Shown: positions 16,428-25,532 of the stretch, piece after piece | Layout of the letters: the number at the start of each line of letters is the position of its first letter | How positions within the stretch are numbered: the stretch's first letter is position 1 | Assembly: GCF_004365815.1 (NCBI RefSeq) | Contig: NZ_SODD01000026.1 | Location: 1-32,000, forward strand | DNA from: Breznakia blatticola | Lineage (GTDB): Bacteria; Bacillota_I; Bacilli_A; Erysipelotrichales; Erysipelotrichaceae | Reading direction: 5' to 3' | DNA: 32,000 nucleotides | The notes under the pieces: generated by a model | Told to the model about the DNA's origin: nothing | The model's input: only the letters and a program-made list of their open reading frames with translations | Databases searched by the model: none | Translations under genes and position numbers: made by a program

Positions 16428-17630
16428 ATGAAAAATATAGGAGAAGTATTGCTTAAACATGTTGCTGTAACGTGTCTAACATTTATTATAGTATATGGAT
16501 TTACTACAAATAATGCTAATCTATTTGAATGGTTTTGTAATTTCGCACTTCTTGGTAGTGTTGCTGCAACGGTAACTAACGTTGGTCGACACATTATCAA
16601 ATCAAAAGGAAATGCACTAATACTATTTGTATTAGGTTGTCTTGTAGTGTTTATAGCTGGGTGTATTGTATTGGCAAAATTTGGTGCCCATTTTGTGTTA
16701 ATACCAATGTTACTTATCGAAAGTATATTATTTGCTAATTCGATTTTAAATTTAAATATGAATTCCATTTTAACTAAAGATGAACAAAAGCAAATTGATC
16801 AAGATAAAATTGGAAAAATGAAGACTATAATACTTCAAAACAGAAGATTATACTTATACGAAATATTGATTGTATTGGTAGATACTGTAATTATATATGG
16901 TCTATCAAAAATTATTGAGATTAAAATGATTGTTTTCATAGTGTCAATAGTATTGATTATCTGGTCTTATTATTTGTATATAAGTAAGATTCAATTAAAA
17001 AGTTCATTCAAACCCAGCGAGTTATTAGAGAATGTTTTGTCAGAAGAATGCGATGCATATTTATATTGTGTTATGTATCGAGTAATTGAAAGAAATTGTA
17101 GTTCGATTGCTGTTATGTATTGCTATATGTGTGGACTTCAATGTGGTGATTATGTAATAGAATTTGATAGAATGTTGAAAGAATACTATATGTATAGAGG
17201 AATGTTCCAATATAAAGTAATGTATTATTCAAGAAATGCATATGATAATAATGTAAATGATAGTTTATACAAAGAACAAATTGAATATTGCGATCGCATC
17301 ATTAAACGCCTTAAGAATGATAAAGAAATGATATACAGTAAAAAAATACTCATGATAGAACGAAAATTTATTATACAGAATTATACAGAAGCACTAGAAG
17401 ATCTTTATGAATTACATGATGAATTTTGCGAGTATGAAAAGACAAAATCAAAGCTTTCGATAATTAGTCTGAAAAGTTTAGAAAGTGAATGCTTATATCA
17501 TTTAGGTCAATATGAGAAATGTATGGACTTACTTGAATGGATTATTGAAAATGGAAATACATTAGCGATAGTACGCAAAGCACAAATATGCAAATATAAG
17601 ATTCAAGAAAAACTAGCTATTGAAGTATAA
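16428..17630 (+). CDS. Polytopic membrane protein, paralog of 14149..15321
   Basis: 400 aa, colinear with the first copy. The upstream ~85 nt and downstream ~70 nt are near-identical to the flanks of the first copy. Confidence 0.7.
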   Translation: MKNIGEVLLKHVAVTCLTFIIVYGFTTNNANLFEWFCNFALLGSVAATVTNVGRHIIKSKGNALILFVLGCLVVFIAGCIVLAKFGAHFVLIPMLLIESILFANSILNLNMNSILTKDEQKQIDQDKIGKMKTIILQNRRLYLYEILIVLVDTVIIYGLSKIIEIKMIVFIVSIVLIIWSYYLYISKIQLKSSFKPSELLENVLSEECDAYLYCVMYRVIERNCSSIAVMYCYMCGLQCGDYVIEFDRMLKEYYMYRGMFQYKVMYYSRNAYDNNVNDSLYKEQIEYCDRIIKRLKNDKEMIYSKKILMIERKFIIQNYTEALEDLYELHDEFCEYEKTKSKLSIISLKSLESECLYHLGQYEKCMDLLEWIIENGNTLAIVRKAQICKYKIQEKLAIEV

Positions 17631-17772
17631 AATGGATAGATAAAGTGATATTTACAACATCCTGGTTACATCAATTGACATAATGTCTATCCAATACTAA
17701 GATAACACCAACCAAAGCGGTAAAAGTTATAAACAAAGAGTTTATAGGTTTATAAATTTATAGCTAAAGGAG

Positions 17773-17793
17773 GGCGTTTATGAAAGTAACTAT
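17773..17793 (+). repeat. Right copy of exact 21-bp direct repeat
   Basis: Identical to 3779..3799. Overlaps the ATG and first codons of the dsbA-like gene. Confidence 0.9.
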
Positions 17794-18484
17794 TGATATG
17801 TACAGTGACTATGCATGTCCATTTTGTTATCTGGGAAAAGAGAATTTAAAAGCAGCAATTAAAACGTTACATCTACAAGATGATGTTGATATTCGTTACC
17901 ATAGTTTTCAGTTAGATCCAAATATTGATCAATCACACCCAATTGATTTAGAACACTTTGCGAAGATGAAAGGAATTTCATTGCAGCAATTACTTGAATC
18001 ACAAAAAGAATTAGGTGAAAGACTACAAGAAAAAGGATTGACGATGCATTATGACAAATTGATTGTCGCAAACAGTTTTGATGCACATCGTTTAGTAAAG
18101 TATGCAACAACACAAAACAAGGCTACAGAGTTACAAGATCGTTTATTAAAAGCAAGTCTTGAACAAGGATTAGATATTGCAGATTATAATGTGTTAACTA
18201 CACTAGCTGTAGAAGTAGGTTTGGATAAAGATGCAGTAAAAGCTGTACTAAATTCTGGTGATTATGCATATTCAGTCATTCAAGATTTGGATAGTGCACG
18301 TGAACAAAATATATCGGGTGTTCCATTTTTTGTGATCAACAATCGTTATCCAATTTATGGTGCACAACCAGAATATCGTTTTGAAGATACACTACGTCGT
18401 GCATTACTTGAAATGGATGATGCACCAATAAAAAAAGAAAAGAAACCAGAAGTCTGTGAAGGCGATTGTTGTTTGTTTGAATAG
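17780..18484 (+). CDS. DsbA family (FrnE-like) thiol:disulfide oxidoreductase
   Basis: 234 aa with an N-terminal 'YSDYACPFCYLGK' CxxC motif and thioredoxin-fold layout. Confidence 0.8.
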   Translation: MKVTIDMYSDYACPFCYLGKENLKAAIKTLHLQDDVDIRYHSFQLDPNIDQSHPIDLEHFAKMKGISLQQLLESQKELGERLQEKGLTMHYDKLIVANSFDAHRLVKYATTQNKATELQDRLLKASLEQGLDIADYNVLTTLAVEVGLDKDAVKAVLNSGDYAYSVIQDLDSAREQNISGVPFFVINNRYPIYGAQPEYRFEDTLRRALLEMDDAPIKKEKKPEVCEGDCCLFE

Positions 18485-18584
18485 GTGATGTTACGGCATC
18501 ACTTTTCTTTTGAAAAAGTTGTATTCCAATAGAATTTAGACACACATATTGATATACTAAACCTAGAACTAGGAGGATGATAGG

Positions 18585-19535
18585 ATGGCAATTCAAGAAG
18601 GAAAAGTCGTAATTATCGGAGCAGGTATGGTTGGTAGTCAAACCCTTTCTGCAGTATTAAGAGAAGCAGTTGTAAATGAAATCGTTCTTATTGATATGAA
18701 TAAAGAAAAAGCCCAAGGAGAAGTGCTTGATGCATCGCATACAACAGCGTTTGCATATAGCAGTAATGTGAACATTCATACAGGTGATTATAGTGAATGT
18801 AAAGATGCACATATTATTGTGATGTCAGCTGGTCCAAGTATTACTAAAGGAAATACGATGGATCGTAGTTTACTGTTAAATAAGAATATTGCAGTAATGC
18901 ATGATGTAATGACGAACATCACAAAATATACAAAAGAAGCCATTATCATTGTGATCAGTAATCCACTTGATGCATTAGTTTATTATGGGCAACATGCATT
19001 TGATTATCCACGTCATAAAATGATTGGGACAGGTACGTTATTAGATACAGCACGTCTACGTAAGATTATAGGTGAAACCTGTGGTGTAGATAGCAAGAAT
19101 GTACATGGATATGTTCTAGGAGAACACGGAGAAAGTGCATTTGTTACTTGGAGTGATGTGAATATTGCAGGTATCCCATTTGAAGATTTAAATACAACCT
19201 TCCAAACAAAACTCGTAAAAGAAGAAATCTATAATGAAATGCGTTCCGTTGGATTTGATATATTACAATTAAAAGGATATACAAATGTTGGAGTTTCAGC
19301 TGCATGCGCAAGAATTATTAAATGTATTGTATTAAATGAGAAAAGCGTATTACCGATTTCCAATGTGCCTGATGGAGAATATGGATTACATGATGTTGCC
19401 TTAAGTTTGCCTTGTATTGTAGGTAGTCAAGGAATTGAACGGATTCTAGAAATTCCATTAACAATTGCAGAACGTGCTTGTCTAGAGCGTTCAACAGCAA
19501 AACTAAAAGAAGAAAACTCAAAAATCGAAGCATAA
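18585..19535 (+). CDS. ldh: L-lactate / L-2-hydroxyisocaproate dehydrogenase family protein
   Basis: 316 aa with 'KVVIIGAGMVGS' (Rossmann fold), 'ISNPLD', 'LDTARLR' and 'GEHGES'. Confidence 0.8.
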   Translation: MAIQEGKVVIIGAGMVGSQTLSAVLREAVVNEIVLIDMNKEKAQGEVLDASHTTAFAYSSNVNIHTGDYSECKDAHIIVMSAGPSITKGNTMDRSLLLNKNIAVMHDVMTNITKYTKEAIIIVISNPLDALVYYGQHAFDYPRHKMIGTGTLLDTARLRKIIGETCGVDSKNVHGYVLGEHGESAFVTWSDVNIAGIPFEDLNTTFQTKLVKEEIYNEMRSVGFDILQLKGYTNVGVSAACARIIKCIVLNEKSVLPISNVPDGEYGLHDVALSLPCIVGSQGIERILEIPLTIAERACLERSTAKLKEENSKIEA

Positions 19536-19539
19536 GTTG

Positions 19540-19570
19540 GCATGTTCCTTAATAAGGAATGTGCTTTTTT
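19540..19570 (+). terminator. Rho-independent terminator after ldh (duplicated at ~20360..20392)
   Basis: GCATGTTCC-TTAATAA-GGAATGTGC stem (two G:U pairs) followed by T6. Confidence 0.65.
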
Positions 19571-19638
19571 CTTTATACGTATATATCAAAAAATGATATG
19601 ATATCAAAAGGGTGTGTGATGTAAAATGGGAGGACTCT

Positions 19639-20259
19639 ATGTTTTCGAGAATCTTAGTAAAAGAAAAAGCAAAAGTACAAAAAAGAAGTAATACGAAATT
19701 CATGCTTGTCGATTTATGTTTTTGCTGGATTTTACTGTTTGCACTTTTTATAGCAATTTGTCTTCTAACAGAACCAAAAGTGATAAACGTAACACTAACC
19801 ATAAGTATTGTTGCTATTTTTATTGTTATGATTTCATGTTTTGTTGCAAAAATAATTAATAAAACTGTAAAGTATGCAAAAGATGAAGATGCATTTTTAA
19901 TACTTATTGATGAATCTGCATCATATACGTTTATAACGAAACACTTAGTTGCTTGTTATATCATTGGTGCAGGATTATTGTTATTTATATTTCCTGGAGT
20001 GTATCTAGCATATCGCCTAATGTTTGTAAAACAAATTGCGGTTGATAAGCCAAAATTAGGAATAGTAGATACGATAAAATATTCTTTCGAACTGACAAAA
20101 GGAATTGAATTTGATTTGTTTATTTTGGATCTTTCATTTGCTTGGCGTTACATAATAATCATTTGTACATTTGGTGTAGCTATGATTTTACTTGCTCCAT
20201 ATATCTTAGTAACAAAAGCAGTACTATATGATCAATTGTCAACAGAACCACTGTATTAG
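19639..20259 (+). CDS. DUF975 family membrane protein, paralog 1
   Basis: 'MFSRILVKEKAKVQ...' N-terminus and '...FPGVYLAYRLMFVKQIAVD.P.LG...' fit the DUF975 pattern. GGGAGG RBS; the ATG at 19639 is preferred over the track start. Confidence 0.7.
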   Translation: MFSRILVKEKAKVQKRSNTKFMLVDLCFCWILLFALFIAICLLTEPKVINVTLTISIVAIFIVMISCFVAKIINKTVKYAKDEDAFLILIDESASYTFITKHLVACYIIGAGLLLFIFPGVYLAYRLMFVKQIAVDKPKLGIVDTIKYSFELTKGIEFDLFILDLSFAWRYIIIICTFGVAMILLAPYILVTKAVLYDQLSTEPLY

Positions 20260-20456
20260 TGGTTCTTTACTGCCTTTGTAGCATATGCTTTACGTGCTTG
20301 TCTAGAGCGTTCAACAGCAAAACTGAAAGAAGAAAACTCAAAAATTGAAGCATAAGTTTGGCATGTTCCTTTATAAGGAATGTGCTTTTTTTAATTTGTA
20401 TATATTAAAAAATGGTATGATATCAAAAGGGTGTGTGATGTAAAATGGGGGACTCT

Positions 20457-21080
20457 ATGTTTTCAAGAATTTTAGTAAAAGAAAAAGCAAAAGTACAAAT
20501 AAAAGGAAAAAGAAAATTCATGCTTATCGATTTATATTTTTGCTGGACTTTGTTATTTGTACTATCGATAGTAATTAGTCTACTAATAGAACCAAAAATT
20601 AAAAACACAACAGTAGTAATCGTAATTATTTTTGTTATTCTCGTTATGCTACTTTCGTTCTTTGTAGAAAGAAGAACTAAAAAAACTGTAAAGTATGCAA
20701 AGAATGAAGATGCATTTTTAATACTTATTGATGAATCAGAATCATATACGTTTATTACGAAACACTTAGTTGCTTGTTGCATCATTGGGGTTGGTTTATT
20801 GTTATTTATATTTCCTGGAGTGTATCTAGCATATCGCCTAATGTTTGTAAAACAAATTGCGGTTGATAAGCCAAAATTAGGAATAGTAGATACGATAAAA
20901 TATTCTTTCGAACTGACAAAAGGAATTGAATTTGATTTATTTATCTTGGATCTTTCATTTGCTTGGCGTTACATAATAATCATTTGTACATTTGGTATAG
21001 CTATGATTTTACTAGCTCCATATATCCTAGTAACAAAAGCTGTACTATATGATCAATTGTCAACAGAACCACTGTATTAG
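20457..21080 (+). CDS. DUF975 family membrane protein, paralog 2
   Basis: The C-terminal ~130 aa are almost identical to paralog 1. The N-terminal TM region has diverged. Confidence 0.7.
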   Translation: MFSRILVKEKAKVQIKGKRKFMLIDLYFCWTLLFVLSIVISLLIEPKIKNTTVVIVIIFVILVMLLSFFVERRTKKTVKYAKNEDAFLILIDESESYTFITKHLVACCIIGVGLLLFIFPGVYLAYRLMFVKQIAVDKPKLGIVDTIKYSFELTKGIEFDLFILDLSFAWRYIIIICTFGIAMILLAPYILVTKAVLYDQLSTEPLY

Positions 21081-21174
21081 TGGTTCTTTACTGCCTTTAT
21101 AGCATATGCCTTCTGTATGATTTATGGTATGATATACATCGTGTGTGGATTAAGTAATGAAAGAGAGGGAACGA

Positions 21175-21840
21175 ATGTTTATTAGAAAAGAGTTAAAAGA
21201 AAAGGCAAAAAAGCGACTAAAAGGAAACTTAGCGAATATTATCGCACTACAGTTTTTCTCTATTGTCGCTTTTTTAGGAATGTATGTTTTTGCTTTTGGT
21301 ATGATTGCAAGTAGAAATCGCCAACGAGGAATCACTATTTTACTGAGTATTGGATTTATCCTATTTCTACTGTATCTATCTGTGGTTATTATGAATATGT
21401 ACGTCAAGTATGCAAAAGAGGAAGTATATACATTTTCTGATACAAAGTTAAAGACGGTGTGTATGTATGCCTTGAAAAATCTAGTAGTAGGATTACTTGT
21501 ATGCATTGGAACGATTACACTTTTTATACCTGGAATATATCTACTATATCGCTACACATTTGTTAGACAAATCGCTGTAGATCAACCAAACTTAGGAATT
21601 ATTAAAACTCTTCGATATTCAGCAGAACTGACAAAGGGAATCAAACTAGATATCTTTGCACTAAACTTGTCATTTTACTTTTGGCAACTACTATGTGTAG
21701 TTACTTGTGGTTTAGCAGCGTTTTATGTAATACCTTATGTGACGATGACAAATACGGTATTATATTATGAATTATCTATTGATGAAGGTAATGTGACAAA
21801 TGAAGTAAGGGAGGAACATTGGAAACAGGGAATCGAATAA
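21175..21840 (+). CDS. DUF975 family membrane protein, paralog 3 (diverged)
   Basis: 'MFIRKELKEKAKKRLKGNLANIIAL...' and 'IPGIYLLYRYTFVRQIAVDQPNLG'. Confidence 0.7.
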   Translation: MFIRKELKEKAKKRLKGNLANIIALQFFSIVAFLGMYVFAFGMIASRNRQRGITILLSIGFILFLLYLSVVIMNMYVKYAKEEVYTFSDTKLKTVCMYALKNLVVGLLVCIGTITLFIPGIYLLYRYTFVRQIAVDQPNLGIIKTLRYSAELTKGIKLDIFALNLSFYFWQLLCVVTCGLAAFYVIPYVTMTNTVLYYELSIDEGNVTNEVREEHWKQGIE

Positions 21841-22250
21841 GAATTGCTCGTGAACATAAGCGATACACGCAACAAGAGTTTGCAAAACACATTGATGTAA
21901 AAGAAGGAATTGTAAGACACTGGGAAGCTGGTGTATTATTTCCTACGGCATATGAATTATATAAAATAGCTAAGTGTCTGGATCTAACAATTGATGAGTT
22001 CTTAAAAGATGATACACGTATGGTGAATGCAATTGAATACAATCATCGATTGCTTAAAACAACAAGAATATTCATTACGATTTCAGCACTTTCTATAATG
22101 ATTACGTTATTTGCTTTGTTGTTTTCATTTGGATCAAGAGAGTTGCAAACCAACCTAATGGATTTGAATATATGGATTGTGATGTTATGTATGTTAGCTA
22201 ATTTTGTGTTATTCAGTGTATATCGAGTACCTCAAAAAGAGAATCATTAA
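21819..22250 (+). CDS. XRE-family HTH regulator with C-terminal transmembrane segments
   Basis: 'IRIAREHKRYTQQEFAKHIDVKEGIVRHWEAG' is an HTH_3-like motif. Two hydrophobic stretches lie in the C-terminal half. Overlaps the preceding gene by 22 nt. Confidence 0.65.
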   Translation: METGNRIRIAREHKRYTQQEFAKHIDVKEGIVRHWEAGVLFPTAYELYKIAKCLDLTIDEFLKDDTRMVNAIEYNHRLLKTTRIFITISALSIMITLFALLFSFGSRELQTNLMDLNIWIVMLCMLANFVLFSVYRVPQKENH

Positions 22251-22281
22251 GTTCATTTTTGTTGGGGAAACACTAAATAAG

Positions 22282-22334
22282 AAAAAACAACAGACAAGTT
22301 TGATTAAGTTGAATTAAACCTGTCTGTTGTTTTT
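22282..22334. terminator. Bidirectional terminator between convergent genes
   Basis: ACAACAGACA / TGTCTGTTGT 10-bp stem flanked by an A-run and a T-run. Confidence 0.6.
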
Positions 22335-22635
22335 ATATGTTTCGTCCTTGATATTGTATGGTAACGACGAGCACAGTTTTATCTATTTCATTGATACGAA
22401 AAATAACAATATACTTATCAACTAGTAACTGTTTATAGTTCTTTCCTGCATAATTTCCTTCAATGCGATCTTGATGAGACATCGGAAATGTTGACATATT
22501 CAAAATGTCGTGCTTGATTTGGTTTGTTAATTTTTTTGCACTTTCAGGAGCTAATATCGTATGTGTAATGTAATCATAAATGCTTTCCAATTCTTTTATA
22601 GCTTTAGGTGAAATAACTACTTTATATTTTTCCAA
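22333..22635 (-). CDS. Type II toxin, RelE/ParE family
   Basis: 100 aa. 'YKVVISPKAIKELESIYDYI' and the C-terminal 'VLVVTIQYQGRN' are typical of ParE/RelE. Overlaps the upstream antitoxin by 14 nt. Confidence 0.75.
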   Translation of the reverse strand: MEKYKVVISPKAIKELESIYDYITHTILAPESAKKLTNQIKHDILNMSTFPMSHQDRIEGNYAGKNYKQLLVDKYIVIFRINEIDKTVLVVTIQYQGRNI

Positions 22636-22891
22636 AATACTTTTTGTCTAATTCAGCAAAAACTGTTTTCGCATCAACAGGTTCTGCTCCGTTTGTGATT
22701 TCTTGTTCAGATTCATAGATAGCTTGGTCAATACGATTTATTCTGGCAAATTTATCATATAGTTCACTACTCATTATTACTAAATCGCTATATCCGTTTT
22801 TGGTAACAAATATTGGTTGATTTTCCTTATGTGCAAGGTTTGAAATTTCAGTTGTATTTCGCAAATCTTTAATAGGTACAATAATTGGCAT
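22622..22891 (-). CDS. Type II antitoxin, Phd/YefM family
   Basis: 89 aa. 'IVPIKDLRNTTEISNLAHKENQPIFVTKNGYSDLVIMS' is the Phd/YefM N-terminal pattern. Confidence 0.75.
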   Translation of the reverse strand: MPIIVPIKDLRNTTEISNLAHKENQPIFVTKNGYSDLVIMSSELYDKFARINRIDQAIYESEQEITNGAEPVDAKTVFAELDKKYFGKI

Positions 22892-22905
22892 ATCGTTAAG
22901 CTCCT

Positions 22906-22945
22906 CTCTTTACATAATTATAGCATAATTATGTAAAGAGGTAAA
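22906..22945 (-). promoter_or_regulatory. Perfect 16-bp-arm palindrome (operator) overlapping the TA promoter
   Basis: CTCTTTACATAATTAT-AGC-ATAATTATGTAAAGAG (22906-22940). On the minus strand this reads TTTACC-17 nt-TATAAT, with the -10 at the palindrome centre, followed by an AGAGGAG RBS. Confidence 0.6.
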
Positions 22946-23067
22946 TAATCGCTTTAAAAGTACAAATTTATAAATAGAGTGATAGAAAATATGATGTATT
23001 CAACAAAATAATGTAAAAAAATGAATAAAAGAATAAAGTTTGCCACAAGTAAGGTAAACTTTTTTTA

Positions 23068-23095
23068 TTGGCAATAATTTTAGGTTTCATATAAT
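23068..23095 (+). promoter_or_regulatory. Sigma-70-like promoter TTGGCA-16 nt-TATAAT
   Basis: Read directly, ~20 nt upstream of the 23114 start region. Confidence 0.45.
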
Positions 23096-23113
23096 GAAGG
23101 TAGGAGATAAAAG

Positions 23114-25063
23114 ATGATAGTTCTAACAAAACGGCAAAAAGAGATTCTTACACTTTTGGCAAAGCAAAGTGATTACATCACATTCAATGAAATTGCGAAA
23201 AAGCTAAATGTAAGTAATCGAACCATTCGTAATGACATGAAGCAAATTGAATATTTTCTAGACGAAAAGAATATTGAACTTATCAAGAAATCAGGGGTAG
23301 GTGTTTTCATAAACTGTCTAGATAATACGATGCGTGAAATTCAAAAAGATATTGATGAACCATGTATGCGAATATTATCAAAATCAGAACGTAACGATTT
23401 AATGAAGGTGTATTTGTGTCTACCACGAATTAGCACCTTTCAAGAACTAGCAGATTTCTGTTTTGTGTCAAAACAAACCATTGTTAATGATTTTGATGAA
23501 GTGATACAGGAACTTGGTGGATACAACATCTCTGTTGAGAAAATACAAGGTGTTGGCTTGCGATTGTTTGGAAGTGAAATTGATATTCGTAAGATGTTTA
23601 TGCAAATCAACAACCAAGGAACGTATCAAAATGAAATCAAAGAGTTACTAACGATTCATGATGAAACTGGAATGCTTCAAAAGAAGGTAGAAGATATCTT
23701 TAATCAATTGGAAAATGAATATAACATTGTATTCAAAAATAGAGAGCGTTTTACCAATATTATCTTATTTTTCTTCCTGCGTATGAAACACAAGCAAGAA
23801 TTAGCTGAAGACTTTCAATTTCCAGAAACACCAACACATGAGAGTTTGCCATTCTTTGTATCTTTTTTAACACCATATATTTCAAACAAACAAGAACGTT
23901 TATATATGAGTACAATCATGATCAGTGAAAGAATGAGTCAGTTATCAGATTTACTTCATACAGATACAAATGAAAATGATGAAGCATATCAAATCTCCAT
24001 GTATTTAGTAGATTCCTTACAAGCTTTACAACCATTAGAAAAAGAAGCAGTTCAGGAAATGATAGATGGATTAACTCTTCATTTAAAAACTGCAATTCAT
24101 CGTTGTCGAAATAATCTTCAAGTGAAAAATGACTTAGTTGATCAAACACAAATGATGATTTCGCTATTCTATGAATTCACACGCAAGCAATTACATAAAA
24201 TTGAAAAAGATTATAATCTAGCTTTTGATGAAAATGAAATTGCATATATTGCGATGTACATTGCCTCAATTTATGAAACTGGAAATAAGGAACAAAATCT
24301 AGTGAATGTATTGTTGGTTTGTTCGTTTGGTTTAGCAACCAGTTCAATTTTGAAATCAAGACTTTCACAGTTTCTACCAGAGATTTGTATCATTGGGCCA
24401 ATTGGTGAAAAACAAGCACAAGACTATATACAAAAAGAAGATATCGATTTAATTATTTCAACTAGTGATTTTGAAGCACAAGAGATTCCAGTGATTCAAG
24501 TAAACGCGATGTTGAATCAAGTCGATATTGAAAGAATAAAGAATACGTTGTATCAATTCTCTTATGCAAAGATGTGTTCGTCATTTATTAATTCAGTTGC
24601 ACCTGCAATTGAGAAGTTAGAGAAACACTATATTAGTGATTACATTGAACGTTCACATATTCAAATTGTTGATCGTGTAGCCTCATGGGAACAAGCGATT
24701 CAGTTAGCTGCAAAACCATTACTACACAAAGGATATATTGAACAAACGTATGTAGAAACTATGATCTATGCGGTAAATGAATATGGGACGTATATGGTGA
24801 TGACACCAGAAACAGCATATATCCATGCTGGTGTAGATGATGGAATTTATCAGAATTGTACAGCGATGTTGGTACTAAAACATCCAGTGATGTTTGGATA
24901 CAACAATCCAAAACTAGTTCGTAATATCGTAATCTTAGGAATCGAAAATAAACAAGAAAATGATTTGTTGAATATTGCATATATTTTAGAGAAAGAATGG
25001 AATATTAAACAACTTGAACATAAAGAAATAACTAAAGAAATGATTTTAGACATGCATGATTAA
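23114..25063 (+). CDS. PRD-domain transcriptional regulator (BglG/MtlR-type: HTH, PRDs, EIIB-like and EIIA-like domains)
   Basis: 649 aa. N-terminal 'KRQKEILTLL...ITFNEIAKKLNVSNRTIRNDM' HTH, 'VLLVCSFGLATSS' EIIB-like Cys loop, and a C-terminal EIIA(Mtl/Fru)-like region. Confidence 0.75.
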   Translation: MIVLTKRQKEILTLLAKQSDYITFNEIAKKLNVSNRTIRNDMKQIEYFLDEKNIELIKKSGVGVFINCLDNTMREIQKDIDEPCMRILSKSERNDLMKVYLCLPRISTFQELADFCFVSKQTIVNDFDEVIQELGGYNISVEKIQGVGLRLFGSEIDIRKMFMQINNQGTYQNEIKELLTIHDETGMLQKKVEDIFNQLENEYNIVFKNRERFTNIILFFFLRMKHKQELAEDFQFPETPTHESLPFFVSFLTPYISNKQERLYMSTIMISERMSQLSDLLHTDTNENDEAYQISMYLVDSLQALQPLEKEAVQEMIDGLTLHLKTAIHRCRNNLQVKNDLVDQTQMMISLFYEFTRKQLHKIEKDYNLAFDENEIAYIAMYIASIYETGNKEQNLVNVLLVCSFGLATSSILKSRLSQFLPEICIIGPIGEKQAQDYIQKEDIDLIISTSDFEAQEIPVIQVNAMLNQVDIERIKNTLYQFSYAKMCSSFINSVAPAIEKLEKHYISDYIERSHIQIVDRVASWEQAIQLAAKPLLHKGYIEQTYVETMIYAVNEYGTYMVMTPETAYIHAGVDDGIYQNCTAMLVLKHPVMFGYNNPKLVRNIVILGIENKQENDLLNIAYILEKEWNIKQLEHKEITKEMILDMHD

Positions 25064-25076
25064 TGGAGGACTTAAA

Positions 25077-25520
25077 ATGAATGAAATTATACGAATGAAT
25101 CATATACTAATCAATCAAAAAGCAAATACTTGGGAAGAAGCGATTCGATTGACAGGACATCCATTAGTGAAAAGTCATGCGATTGATATGGAATATGTAG
25201 ATAACATGGTCACAAGTGTAAAAGAGCTTGGACCGTATATTGTGATTATGCCACACTTTGCCTTAGCACATGCTGCTCCGGGTATCAGCGTACATCAATC
25301 AGAAATGTCGATTGCGACATTTCCAGAAGGGGTTTGTTTTGACTGTGACAACGATCCAGTAAAAGTACTGATTTGTATGGCTTGTATCGATAAGACATCA
25401 CACATTGATCGCTTACAAAAGATTGCAAATATTTTGATGGATGAAACGATTATTCAGCGGATGTGTGATTGTACTAGTGAACAAGAATTATACGACATCA
25501 TAAATACAGATGGAAAATAG
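25077..25520 (+). CDS. PTS EIIA component, ascorbate/mannitol (EIIA-2) type
   Basis: 'IVIMPHFALAHAAP' His-containing motif. GGAGGA RBS before the ATG at 25077. Confidence 0.75.
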   Translation: MNEIIRMNHILINQKANTWEEAIRLTGHPLVKSHAIDMEYVDNMVTSVKELGPYIVIMPHFALAHAAPGISVHQSEMSIATFPEGVCFDCDNDPVKVLICMACIDKTSHIDRLQKIANILMDETIIQRMCDCTSEQELYDIINTDGK

Positions 25521-25532
25521 AAAGGAGGCATT

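Larger units (their letters stand above)
19472..21110 (+). repeat. Tandem duplication (~820-bp unit x2) covering the ldh 3' end + terminator + DUF975 gene
   Basis: 19472.. and 20292.. both begin ACGTGCTTGTCTAGAGCGTTCAACAGCAAAAC. The second unit therefore carries a promoterless ldh 3' remnant (20292..~20355). Confidence 0.9.
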
